From positions 398,583 through 462,582 of the forward strand of contig JAQTOU010000002.1 of the NCBI GenBank assembly GCA_028713125.1: a stretch of DNA of 64,000 bases. The letters run 5' to 3'. A program made the position numbers and the translations under genes. Below the pieces are notes generated by a model that did no database searches, was not told the origin of the DNA, and was given only the letters and a program-made list of their open reading frames with translations. Positions 17,018-26,180 of the stretch are shown piece by piece; the stretch's first letter is position 1; every line of letters begins with the position of its first letter. Source of the stretch: Elusimicrobiales bacterium. Its GTDB lineage: Bacteria; Elusimicrobiota; Elusimicrobia; Elusimicrobiales; UBA9959.

Positions 17018-18373
17018 ATGAAAAAACCTATCACTTGTTTAAAGCTGGCCCTTATAGCCTTAAGTCTTTATTTTTCAGCCCTCGCCCCTCTTAACGCGGG
17101 GGCCCCGCTGAAGATAAATTTCCAGGGCCGCCTTGAGGAAAGCGGGCAGCCGGCGGAGGGAACGAAGACTTTTATCTTCAAGATCTATACGGCCATGTCC
17201 GGCGGGAGCCTGGTGTGGACCAGCCAGGCGCAGAACGTGGCCCTGACCAACGGGGTCTTCAGCGTCGTCCTGGCGACCGGGTCGCCGGTAAACTTGTCCA
17301 CGGCCACTTTCTCGGGGGCGAGGTACGTAGAAATTATCGTGAACGGTTATCCGCTGTCGCCCCGCCAGGAGATGGTCTCGGCGCCGTACGCCCTGGTGGC
17401 GCAGGCGCTGTCTTCGGACGCCAGGATCTCCCTCGCGAACCTGGAGAAAGACCCGTCCTCGGCTTCGACCATAAATACCGCGACTAACGCCGTGGACTGG
17501 ACCCAGCTTAAGAACGTGCCCGCCGCGTTCGCGGACGGGACCGACGACGTGGTCGCGGCGGTGCTTTCGACCGCGGCTATAACTTCCGGAAAATTCGGGG
17601 ACGAGCGGGTCGCTATCTCCACAGGCGCTTTTTACGGGGGCTTCAATGCCCCGGACCAGCTGGTGCAGCTGGACGGCGCAGGCAAGCTTCCAGCCTCCCT
17701 GCTCTCCGGGCCGCTGCCGGCCCTGGACGGCGCGGCGCTTACCGGCGTTACCGCCTCTTCGATAGCCGCGGTAAATGTCAGTTCGGGGGCGCTGGGAAAC
17801 TCGGTGATCGCCTCCTCCATAGCGGTGGGAGGGGTCTATTCCGCCTCATTGCAGGCGGGGTCGGTGACGGACCTGAAGGTTCTGCTCACTACCGCGGCCA
17901 TAAGCTCGGGCAAATTCGGGGACGAGCGCGTGTCTATTTCTACCGGCGCTTTCTATGGAGGCTTCAACGCGGCCGGCCAGCTGGTCAGGCTGGACGCCTC
18001 CGGCAGGCTGCCGGCCGGGACTTCTATTGCGGGGGCTATAGCGCTGCCGGTCAAGCGGATAACGGCCGCCGACTTCCCTTACACGGTTACGGAAAACGAC
18101 AGTACGGTTCTGATCGACGCGAGCGCGGCCGGCGCCGGCGCCAATGTGGTCATCGAGCTGCCGGACGCGGCCGGAATTGCCGGAAGGATCTACACTTTCA
18201 AGCGCCTGGACAATCTCGCGGGTTTACAGGTTGTAAATCTTATCCCGGCGCTCGGGGGCAATTCCATAGACGGCAGTTTTCTCTTCGACCTGTATCTTAA
18301 CGGTCTGCAGGGCGAAGCTATAACTTTGCAGAGCGACGGGTCTAATTGGATGATCCTGTCCTGGTATAAGTAG
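17018..18373 (+). CDS. secreted tail-fibre-like protein with internal 42-aa duplication
   Basis: 451 aa; signal peptide; N-terminal FQGRLEESGQP..FKIY....LVWTS...V.LTNGVFSVVL and DWTQLKNVPAAFADGTDD resemble the N-terminal modules of tail-fibre-domain proteins; C-terminal small beta domain ..ITLQSDGSNWMILSWYK. Confidence 0.55.
   Translation: MKKPITCLKLALIALSLYFSALAPLNAGAPLKINFQGRLEESGQPAEGTKTFIFKIYTAMSGGSLVWTSQAQNVALTNGVFSVVLATGSPVNLSTATFSGARYVEIIVNGYPLSPRQEMVSAPYALVAQALSSDARISLANLEKDPSSASTINTATNAVDWTQLKNVPAAFADGTDDVVAAVLSTAAITSGKFGDERVAISTGAFYGGFNAPDQLVQLDGAGKLPASLLSGPLPALDGAALTGVTASSIAAVNVSSGALGNSVIASSIAVGGVYSASLQAGSVTDLKVLLTTAAISSGKFGDERVSISTGAFYGGFNAAGQLVRLDASGRLPAGTSIAGAIALPVKRITAADFPYTVTENDSTVLIDASAAGAGANVVIELPDAAGIAGRIYTFKRLDNLAGLQVVNLIPALGGNSIDGSFLFDLYLNGLQGEAITLQSDGSNWMILSWYK
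17570..18016 (+). repeat. intragenic duplication: 42-codon repeat at 17570-17695 and 17891-18016 (period 321 nt)
   Basis: TAAITSGKFGDERVAISTGAFYGGFNAPDQLVQLDGAGKLPA vs TAAISSGKFGDERVSISTGAFYGGFNAAGQLVRLDASGRLPA, 35/42 identical. Confidence 0.9.
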
Positions 18374-18401
18374 CGTCCGCCGCAATTATCGTAAGGCCTG
18401 A

Positions 18402-18430
18402 CCCCGGTCAAGACACCCGGGGCCTTTTAT
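18402..18430 (+). terminator. intrinsic terminator-like hairpin
   Basis: CCCCGG (18402-18407), 9-nt loop, CCGGGG (18417-18422), then CCTTTTATT. Confidence 0.5.
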
Positions 18431-18501
18431 TCATATAATTATAGTTCGCCCCACCCGCGCCGCGGGCGGCTTCTATTTTATTTTCATCCCAGGGGAATCT
18501 A

Positions 18502-21500
18502 ATGTACCTCAAAGAGCTCGAGATCTACGGTTTTAAATCTTTCGCCAACAAGGTCAAGCTGCCGCTCAAACCCGGCATCACCTGCATAGTCGGCCCCAAC
18601 GGCTGCGGCAAATCAAACGTGGTGGACTCCCTTAAGTGGTGCATAGGCGAAATGTCCTGGAAGTCCCTGCGCATGCCATCCATGATGGACGTGATCTTCG
18701 CGGGCACCACCAAGCGCCAGGCCCTGAACATGGGCGAAGTGGCCATGACCTTCGACAACGAGAGCCGCAAGCTCCCGCTGGACTTCAGCGAAGTCACCGT
18801 CACCCGGAAGATCTACCGCTCTGAAGAAAGCGAATATTTCATCAATAAAGTGCAGTGCCGCCTCAAGGACATCCGCGAGATGTTCCTGGACACCGGCATC
18901 GGCACGGAAGGCTACGCCATCATCGACCAGGGCGAGGTGGAGCATGTGCTGAGCGCGACCCCCGAAGAGCGGCGCGAGCTGTTCGAAGAGGCCGCCGGCG
19001 TCTCCAAGTACAAAGCCAAGCGCGACGAGGCCACCCGCAAGCTCGAAAAAGTCGAGATAGACCTGAACCGCCTCGCGGACTCCATGGTGCTGCTCGACGA
19101 GCAGATAAAGAAGCTCGACAAAGAAGCCGCCAAGGCCCGCCTGGGGCAGAAATACAAGGAAGAGCTGACCGGCGCCGAGATAGCGCTGCTGCTGAAGGAC
19201 GGGGAAACTTTCGCCGCCCGCAGCGCCGAAGCCGCCGCGCGCCTCGAGCCTATCAAAAAAGAGCTGGCCGAGACCGCCGTGGCCATCACCAGCCTGGAAG
19301 GCGAGATCGCCGCTATCAATCTTACCCTTACGCAGAAAGCCGAAGACCAGCGCGTTCTGAAAGAGGCCATGAGCACCGTGAAGACCGACAAGGTCCAGGC
19401 CGAGGGCCGGATAGTCGCCGGCGGCACGATGCTCGGCGAGATAGCCAGCCAGCGCGAGGTCCTTTCCTCCTCCGAAAGGCGCAATGCCGAAAAACTGGCC
19501 GTCACCGGCCCCAGGATAGAGGAGCTTCGGATGAAGCTGTCCTCGGACGAAGGCGGGCTGCCCGCCCTGCAGGCCGAGTACGAGACCGCGGCCGCCGCGC
19601 TCGCCGGCGTGACCGACCAGATGCGCGCCGCCGACGAGGCCGCCGAGAATATCGCCCGCGAAATGAACGAGGCCTATTCCCGCGAGATGAAGATCTCCAA
19701 CGATATCGCCGTGACCAGCTCAAATATCGGCCATTTCAACGACGCCAAGGCCGGGCTGGAAAAAGACATCAACGACATGACTTCCGCCGTGGCCGCCATG
19801 GAGGCCCGCATAGCCGAGCTTAAAGCGCGCTCCGCCGCGCTGGGCGCCGAGCTGGCCGCCGAGAACGAGAAGGCCGCCGCCGCCGAAACGCAGTCCAAGG
19901 CTTTCGCCGCCAGGCTGGGGGAGATAGACGCCCGCCAGTCGGAGATACGCGAGAAAAAAGCCTGGAACGCGGCCCGGCTTCAGGCCATCCTGGCCCAGGG
20001 CGAGCACGACACTTACTGGGTAGGCATCAACGGCGTCCTGAATTCCGGCGTGGCCGGCGTGAAGGGCACGCTCAGGCATCTTCTTACCATCCGCAAAGAG
20101 GACCGCGTGGCAGTGGACGACGCTCTTGGCCGCTTCCTCGACTCCGTGGTCTGTGAAACCGCCGCTTCCGCCCAGGAAGCCATAGAATATCTTAAGCATG
20201 TGGGCAAGGGCCGCTGCCGCTTCCTGATCCTGGAGCGCGCGCCCGCGGCGCCGGCGCAGGAAGGCTGGACCGCCCCCGGCGCTCAGCGGGTGCTTGAGAA
20301 ACTTTCCTGCGAGCCGCAGTACCTGCCGCTGGTGAGCGGCCTGCTGTCGGGCGTTTACGCCGCCGGCGGCTCCGTGTACGGGTCCTTCTGGGTGACCGGC
20401 GGAGTGGACGAAGTGGTCTCCAACGAGCCCTACTGGGAAGAGGAAGGCGACCTTAAGGAACAGATAAAGAAGCTGGACGAGGAAAGCGCCGCCCTGGACA
20501 CCGAGAAGGCTTCGCTGCTGCCGCAGCTCGAGGGCTCCCGCGCCGCCGCCGACGCCGCCGAAGACAAGGCCGTCGCGCTTAACATAGATTTCCACAAGAA
20601 CGGGACCGAGGCCGCCGGGGCCGAGAGCGAGCTGGGCCTGAAGCGCGGGAACCTCGACTTCTCCCGGTCCGAGATGGAAAAGGCCGATGCCGGGATCAGG
20701 CAGGCCGAGGAAGAATTCAGCCGCCTGATAGAGGCGAAGGCCGCCGCCGGCTCCGCCACGGAAACCAAGAAGGCCGAGCAGGCCGCGCTGGGCGAAAGGA
20801 AGAACGCGCTGCACGAAGATTTCGCCCGCCAGAAGGAAGAGCTGGGCGGCCGCAAGGCCAACCTGGACAATTACCGCCAGAACCTCGAGGCCGCAAGGGG
20901 CGAGCTGAACCGGGCCGAGAGCGACCTGTCCTCGCTGACCGACGAGAAATCCCATTTCGAGGAGCGCCGCGCCGAGCTGTCCGCCCGCGAGGTCAAGTAC
21001 AGCGGCGAGATAGCGGTTTCGAAGGCCCGCCTGGCGGAGCTGATGCACGACCTGGCCGAGAAAGAGATCATGGACAGGGCGATGGAAGACGAGCTCAACG
21101 AGCTGCGCGGCAGCCTGTCCCGCCTCAACGCCAATCTTAAGGACAGCCGCGACGTCTCCCTGGAAAACGACAAGATGCGCTACCAGATAGAGACCGAGCT
21201 GGCCACGATAGCCGCCCGCGCCGACGAGACCGCCAAGCGCATGGCCGACGAGTGGAACATCACGCCCGCCGAGGCGAAAGAGCGGTACGCCGGCGTGGAG
21301 TCCAACCACGAGCGCGTGCAGTTCCTGCGCCGCCGCATAGCGGACCTGGGCAACGTCAATATGACCGCCCCCGAGGAATACGAGGCCCTTACCCAGCGCT
21401 TCAACTTCATGAACTCGCAGGTGGAGGACCTCAACCACGCGAAGGCGGACCTCCGTTCCGCGATCAACAAGATCAACGACACCACCCGCGAGAACTTCAA

Positions 21501-21978
21501 GGCCACCTTCGACAAAGTGCACGGCTATTTCAAGGAGATCTACTCGCTGCTGTTCAACGGCGGCGAGGCGGACCTGATCCTGACCATGCCGGACAATCTG
21601 CTGGAGACCGGCGTGGAGATCCTGGCGCACCCGCCCGGCAAGAAGCTGGTCAGCATCACCCAGCTCTCCGGCGGAGAAAAGGCCCTGACGGCGCTCGCGC
21701 TGCTGTTCAGCTTCTTCCGCGTGAACCCGTCCCCGTTCTGCGTGATGGACGAGGCCGACGCCCCGCTGGACGAAGCGAACGTGGAGCGCTTCGTGCGCCT
21801 GATAAAAGAATTCTCGGCCACCACCCAGTTCATAGTCATCACCCATAACAAGCGCACCATGGAAGCCGCAGACACGCTGTACGGCGTCACCATGGAGGAG
21901 CTTGGGGTGAGCAAGCTGATCTCGGTGGACCTGAAGCGCGCGACCGGCATGGTCGAGCAGAAAGCGGTGGGAGTATAG
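18502..21978 (+). CDS. smc: chromosome segregation protein SMC
   Basis: 1158 aa; Walker A GPNGCGKSN, long coiled coils flanking a hinge, signature LSGGEK, Walker B CVMDEADAPLD. Confidence 0.95.
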   Translation: MYLKELEIYGFKSFANKVKLPLKPGITCIVGPNGCGKSNVVDSLKWCIGEMSWKSLRMPSMMDVIFAGTTKRQALNMGEVAMTFDNESRKLPLDFSEVTVTRKIYRSEESEYFINKVQCRLKDIREMFLDTGIGTEGYAIIDQGEVEHVLSATPEERRELFEEAAGVSKYKAKRDEATRKLEKVEIDLNRLADSMVLLDEQIKKLDKEAAKARLGQKYKEELTGAEIALLLKDGETFAARSAEAAARLEPIKKELAETAVAITSLEGEIAAINLTLTQKAEDQRVLKEAMSTVKTDKVQAEGRIVAGGTMLGEIASQREVLSSSERRNAEKLAVTGPRIEELRMKLSSDEGGLPALQAEYETAAAALAGVTDQMRAADEAAENIAREMNEAYSREMKISNDIAVTSSNIGHFNDAKAGLEKDINDMTSAVAAMEARIAELKARSAALGAELAAENEKAAAAETQSKAFAARLGEIDARQSEIREKKAWNAARLQAILAQGEHDTYWVGINGVLNSGVAGVKGTLRHLLTIRKEDRVAVDDALGRFLDSVVCETAASAQEAIEYLKHVGKGRCRFLILERAPAAPAQEGWTAPGAQRVLEKLSCEPQYLPLVSGLLSGVYAAGGSVYGSFWVTGGVDEVVSNEPYWEEEGDLKEQIKKLDEESAALDTEKASLLPQLEGSRAAADAAEDKAVALNIDFHKNGTEAAGAESELGLKRGNLDFSRSEMEKADAGIRQAEEEFSRLIEAKAAAGSATETKKAEQAALGERKNALHEDFARQKEELGGRKANLDNYRQNLEAARGELNRAESDLSSLTDEKSHFEERRAELSAREVKYSGEIAVSKARLAELMHDLAEKEIMDRAMEDELNELRGSLSRLNANLKDSRDVSLENDKMRYQIETELATIAARADETAKRMADEWNITPAEAKERYAGVESNHERVQFLRRRIADLGNVNMTAPEEYEALTQRFNFMNSQVEDLNHAKADLRSAINKINDTTRENFKATFDKVHGYFKEIYSLLFNGGEADLILTMPDNLLETGVEILAHPPGKKLVSITQLSGGEKALTALALLFSFFRVNPSPFCVMDEADAPLDEANVERFVRLIKEFSATTQFIVITHNKRTMEAADTLYGVTMEELGVSKLISVDLKRATGMVEQKAVGV

Positions 21979-21988
21979 TCAAAAGATA

Positions 21989-22723
21989 TTGATGAAATAC
22001 GGCATTTTCTCCGACGTACACGGCAATCACGTGGCCCTCAAGGCCGTGCTTGATTTCTACCGGAAGAACGGCGTGGAGAATTTCGTCTGCTGCGGCGATA
22101 TTGTGGGCTACGGGCCGCAGCCCCTGGAATGCGCCGAGACGCTGCGCGGCCTGAAGAACCTGGTGACGGTCATGGGCAACCACGACGCCGCGGCGGTGGG
22201 CAAGATGGAGCTTAAGTGGTTCAACGCCAACGCGGCCTGGGCCATAGATTTCGCCCGCACCCAGCTTACCGGCCAGGCCCTGGATTTCATAGCGCGCCTG
22301 CCCGAAAGGGCGGAGACGGAGCATTTTACCGCGGTCCACGGCTCCCCGCGCAAGCCGCTTACGGAATACCTGCTGAGCGAGGGTCAGTTCCTGGACAATA
22401 CAAAGAACTGGTCCGTCTCTCCCTGCTTTATCGGCCACAGCCATATGCCGCTTTACTTCAGGGAGGGCGAGGCCGGCGTGCCGGAAACCGATTTCCTCAA
22501 GCCCGCGGTCAAAGTCTTCGTCACCGGGAAGAACATGTTCAACCCCGGCTCGGTGGGGCAGCCGCGCGACGGCGATACCCGGGCCTCCTGCGGCATTTAC
22601 GATTCGGACAAGAAATATTTCGAGCTTTACCGGGTTTTTTACGATGTCGAGGCCGTGCAGAAAATGATGGCCGCCCTCAAGATGCCCGCCATCCTGGCGG
22701 AGCGCCTCAGCTTCGGATTCTAG
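21989..22723 (+). CDS. metallophosphoesterase (YfcE/MJ0936-like)
   Basis: 244 aa; SDVHGN, CCGDIVGYGPQP, MGNHD, GHSH calcineurin-like phosphoesterase motifs. Confidence 0.85.
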   Translation: MMKYGIFSDVHGNHVALKAVLDFYRKNGVENFVCCGDIVGYGPQPLECAETLRGLKNLVTVMGNHDAAAVGKMELKWFNANAAWAIDFARTQLTGQALDFIARLPERAETEHFTAVHGSPRKPLTEYLLSEGQFLDNTKNWSVSPCFIGHSHMPLYFREGEAGVPETDFLKPAVKVFVTGKNMFNPGSVGQPRDGDTRASCGIYDSDKKYFELYRVFYDVEAVQKMMAALKMPAILAERLSFGF

Positions 22724-22733
22724 GTCTCTAATT

Positions 22734-23117
22734 ATGCCAATGAACATCCTGATAGTCGACGACGATAAGAATTTCATAGATACGCTCAGGGACGGCCTTA
22801 AGCTTAAGAACGTGGACGCCGAGATCAACGTGGCCGAGACCGCCCGCGAGGCGCTGGACGCGCTTACCGCGGCGGTGCCCTCCGCCATCATCCTGGACAT
22901 CCAGCTGCCGGATATGCACGGCGTGGAGTTCCTGCGCGTCATCCGCGAATCCGAAAGGCTTAAGAAAGTGCCAGTTATTTTCATCTCCGCCAGGTACACC
23001 GAGCCGGCCGACCGCTCGGAGGCCATGCTGGCCGGGGCGGCGGCTTTCTTCTCCAAGCCGGTGCAGGTGGAGGAGCTCTGGAAGGAACTTAATTACCTTC
23101 TTGACAAGAAAAAGTAA
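22734..23117 (+). CDS. single-domain response regulator (CheY-like receiver)
   Basis: 127 aa; ILIVDDD ... AIILDIQLPDMHG ... VIFISA ... FSKP. Confidence 0.85.
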   Translation: MPMNILIVDDDKNFIDTLRDGLKLKNVDAEINVAETAREALDALTAAVPSAIILDIQLPDMHGVEFLRVIRESERLKKVPVIFISARYTEPADRSEAMLAGAAAFFSKPVQVEELWKELNYLLDKKK

Positions 23118-23192
23118 GTCTTATAGTATAAAGTTAAGCGGCGGGGAAGTGAGGCTCAACCTCGATAATTCGGGCCGGATAAGGATAATAAT

Positions 23193-23519
23193 ATGTCAAA
23201 CGAGATACAGCTGACGGATGCTACTTTCGACCAGGAAGTTATAAAGAGCGACCTCCCGGTGCTTGTCGATTTCTGGGCCCCCTGGTGCGGCCCCTGCCGG
23301 ATGCTGGGCCCCGTCATCGACGAGCTGGCCAAAGAATACGCCGGCAAGGTGAAGGTCTGCAAGCTTAACACCGACGAGGCGCAGGACGTCGCCGGCAAAT
23401 ACCAGATCTCCGCCATCCCCACCATCCTCCTGTTCAAGGGCGGCAAGCTGGCGCAGCAGCTGGTGGGCCTGCAGCCCAAGGAAGAACTTAAAAAACAACT
23501 GGACGAACTGATAGCTTAA
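23193..23519 (+). CDS. trxA: thioredoxin
   Basis: 108 aa; active site WAPWCGPC and typical thioredoxin length. Confidence 0.95.
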   Translation: MSNEIQLTDATFDQEVIKSDLPVLVDFWAPWCGPCRMLGPVIDELAKEYAGKVKVCKLNTDEAQDVAGKYQISAIPTILLFKGGKLAQQLVGLQPKEELKKQLDELIA

Positions 23520-23534
23520 TTTCCAGGCCATAAA

Positions 23535-23572
23535 GCGGTCAGGCCGGCCGGGGAAACCGGCAGCCTGGCCGC
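23535..23572 (+). terminator. long GC hairpin after trxA (no U-tract)
   Basis: GCGGTCAGGC (23535-23544) pairs with GCCTGGCCGC (23563-23572) with one G-U; inner CCGG-GGAAA-CCGG. Confidence 0.35.
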
Positions 23573-23606
23573 ATAAATCCTGCCCTCCGCGATCCTCCCA
23601 AAATAA

Positions 23607-26180
23607 ATGTCAACCAAGCGCGTTTTCATCATAGACGCACACGCCTTTCTTCACAGGAGCTATCATGCGCTCCCCAAGTTCTCGACCTCCAAGGGCGAGG
23701 AGGTAGGGGCGCTTTACGGTTTTATGCGCGTGCTCCTGAAGCTGCTGCGCGAGCGGCGGCCGGACTATGTGGCGGTTTGTTTCGATTCTAAAGGCGGGAC
23801 TTTCAGGGACGATCTTTATTCTGAGTATAAAGCTAACCGCTCTGAGACGGAGCCGGGGCTTATCGGCCAGCTCAATACCGCGCGCGAGCTGGTAAAGGCT
23901 TTGGGGCTGAAAGGCGTTTATCTTAAAGGCTTCGAGGCGGACGATATCATAGCCACCCTGGCCCGCCGCGCCGTAGACGCCGGCCTGGAGGCCGTGATAG
24001 TTTCAGGGGACAAGGACGCCGCCCAGCTGGCCAATGAAAAGGTCAGCCTCTGGGACGGTTCCTCGCCAGATTTCTCGGGTCCGGAAGCCGTGACTAAAAA
24101 ATACGGGGTTCCGCCCGGGCTGCTTCCCGACTATTTCGCCCTTACCGGGGATTCTTCGGATAATGTGCCGGGCGTGGCGGGCGTAGGCCCCAAGAGCGCA
24201 GCGAAGCTGGTGCAGACTTACGGGCCGCTTGAAAAGATACTTGCCGCGGCCATGGACCCGACCCTTGTCGCTTCCGACAAGGCTCTGGCCAAAGTGGCCA
24301 AAGACATGGAGAATGCGCGCCTCTCGCGCCGCCTGGTTACGCTCGAAGCTGACGCGCCTTTGGAGGAGGGTTTGGAGATATTCAAGCCCGCCGCCCTCGG
24401 AGGCCCCGGGCTGGAAGAAATGGCGCGGCGTCTTGAATTCAAGGAACTGCTGGCCCTGGCCGGCTCCGCTCCGTCCGAGCATAAGCCGGTAGAACTGCCC
24501 CCGCTGAAAACTCCAGAAGAAATCCTTCCCGGCCTGCCGGGGACCGCATGTTTCGCCGCTTTCGAAGACGGGCTGGCCATAGGTTCTAAAGAAGGCGTCT
24601 GCATATTGAAGCCCGGCCTGTTCAGGCCTGAAACCGCCAAAGCAGCGGCGGCAATACTCAAGGACAGCAAGGTCCGCAAATTAACTTTCGGGATAAAATC
24701 GGTCCTGCGCCTTTTGGACCTGCCCTCAGGCTTCGAGCCGGTCAATTTCTTCGAAGCCGAAGCGGCCGCCGCGCTTCTCTCGGCAGGGGCGCGCCGCCAG
24801 GAACTGCCCCAGATGGCCTTCGAGCGCCTCAGCCTGCCTATGCAGCTGCCCGGCTCCGACGAGGAGAAGGCCCAGGCCTGCGCCGCGCTTGCAGGGCTTA
24901 GCGAACTGCTGGAAGCCGAGCTGGGAAAAACCGGCATGACCGGGGTTTATTCCGAACTTGAGCTGCCGCTTCTGCCCGCCGTTTATTCCATGGAACAGCA
25001 CGGCAGCGCCGTGGATACCGGCCTGCTCGGCGAGCTTTCCTCCCGCTTCGAGAAAAGGCTGGCCGAACTGCAGGCCGAGTGCGAGCGGCTTACCGGCGCG
25101 GAGATCAACCTTAATTCACCCAAGCAGGTGGCTTTCCTGCTTTATGAAAAGCTGAATTTGGGCCTTGAAGAGGCGCAGAAAAAGCAGTTCAAGAACAAGG
25201 ACGGCTACTCCACCGGGGAAGAAGCGCTGCAATATTTGAAAGCGTCCCACCCGGTCGTTCCGCTCATCATGGAATTCAGGGAGGTCTCGAAGCTGAAGTC
25301 CTCTTTCGTGGACAACTTGCTCGCCGCCGCCGGCGCCGACGGCCGCCTGCACACCACTTTCGACCAGCTCGGCGCGGCCACCGGCCGGTTCTCCAGCCGG
25401 AATCCCAATCTCCAGAATATCCCGGTGCGCTCGGAGTCCGGCCTGCTGGTCAGGAAATGCTTCATCGCCCGGGAAGGCTTTACGCTTCTGAGCGCCGACT
25501 ACTCGCAGATAGACCTGCGCGTTCTGGCGCATCTTTCGGGGGACCGCAACCTGAGCGAGGCTTTCAGGAACGACGAGGATATCCACCTGCGCACGGCGTC
25601 CGAAGTCTTCCATTGCGCCCCGGGGTTCGTGACCCCCGAAATGCGCCGTGCCGCCAAGGCCATTAATTTCGGCATAGTCTACGGCCAGACGCCCACGGGG
25701 CTTTCGCGGGAGCTCGGGATAAGCCGCGGCGAGGCCGCCAATTATATAAAGCATTATTTCGAAGCTTACCCCGGCGTCAAAGAGTGGAGCGACAAGACCA
25801 TGGCCGAGGCGAAAAAGACGGGTTTTGTGGCCACTTTCGCCGGGCGGCGGCGGCTGCTGCCCGAGCTGAAAGCCTCGAACCCGCATTTGCGGAGTTTCGC
25901 CGAACGCGCCGCGGTGAATACGCCGGTGCAGGGCGGCTCCGCGGACATTATCAAGAAAGCCATGGTAAATCTTTTCTCCGGGCTTAAACATTCAAAAGAT
26001 ATCTTCATGCTGCTGCAGGTGCACGACGAACTCGTTTTCGAAGTGAGGCGCGGCAAGCTGCCTGAGGCCGCCGCCCTTATAAGGAAAGAGATGGAGACGG
26101 CCTATAAGCTGGAAGTTCCTTTAAAGGCCGACCTGAAGACCGGGGCTAACTGGCGCGATATGGAAAAGTATGCGCCTTAG
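23607..26180 (+). CDS. polA: DNA polymerase I
   Basis: 857 aa; 5-prime nuclease domain, polymerase motifs DYSQIDLRVLAH, RRAAKAINFGIVYG, QVHDELVFE. Confidence 0.95.
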   Translation: MSTKRVFIIDAHAFLHRSYHALPKFSTSKGEEVGALYGFMRVLLKLLRERRPDYVAVCFDSKGGTFRDDLYSEYKANRSETEPGLIGQLNTARELVKALGLKGVYLKGFEADDIIATLARRAVDAGLEAVIVSGDKDAAQLANEKVSLWDGSSPDFSGPEAVTKKYGVPPGLLPDYFALTGDSSDNVPGVAGVGPKSAAKLVQTYGPLEKILAAAMDPTLVASDKALAKVAKDMENARLSRRLVTLEADAPLEEGLEIFKPAALGGPGLEEMARRLEFKELLALAGSAPSEHKPVELPPLKTPEEILPGLPGTACFAAFEDGLAIGSKEGVCILKPGLFRPETAKAAAAILKDSKVRKLTFGIKSVLRLLDLPSGFEPVNFFEAEAAAALLSAGARRQELPQMAFERLSLPMQLPGSDEEKAQACAALAGLSELLEAELGKTGMTGVYSELELPLLPAVYSMEQHGSAVDTGLLGELSSRFEKRLAELQAECERLTGAEINLNSPKQVAFLLYEKLNLGLEEAQKKQFKNKDGYSTGEEALQYLKASHPVVPLIMEFREVSKLKSSFVDNLLAAAGADGRLHTTFDQLGAATGRFSSRNPNLQNIPVRSESGLLVRKCFIAREGFTLLSADYSQIDLRVLAHLSGDRNLSEAFRNDEDIHLRTASEVFHCAPGFVTPEMRRAAKAINFGIVYGQTPTGLSRELGISRGEAANYIKHYFEAYPGVKEWSDKTMAEAKKTGFVATFAGRRRLLPELKASNPHLRSFAERAAVNTPVQGGSADIIKKAMVNLFSGLKHSKDIFMLLQVHDELVFEVRRGKLPEAAALIRKEMETAYKLEVPLKADLKTGANWRDMEKYAP

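Noticed and set aside
19720-21846. Very long ORFs antisense to or out of frame with clear genes: 19720-21846(-) 708 aa opposite smc, 32125-34056(-) 643 aa opposite murA/folC, 1154-2239(-) opposite dnaK, 45712-47301(-) opposite the giant surface gene, 41448-42686(+) opposite cpoB/pal, 10079-11338(+) opposite mltA
   Set aside because: They overlap strongly supported genes on the other strand and have Arg/Gly/Ala/His/Pro-rich low-complexity translations with no recognisable motifs. Such stop-free shadow frames are expected in GC-rich coding DNA.
18502-22723. The SMC-like ATPase followed by a metallophosphoesterase could be read as an SbcCD- or Lamassu-like defence pair
   Set aside because: The 1158-aa protein has the full housekeeping SMC architecture (hinge, long coiled coils, LSGGEK). 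The phosphoesterase is a small YfcE-type enzyme and not SbcD/LmuA-like. The context is core genes.
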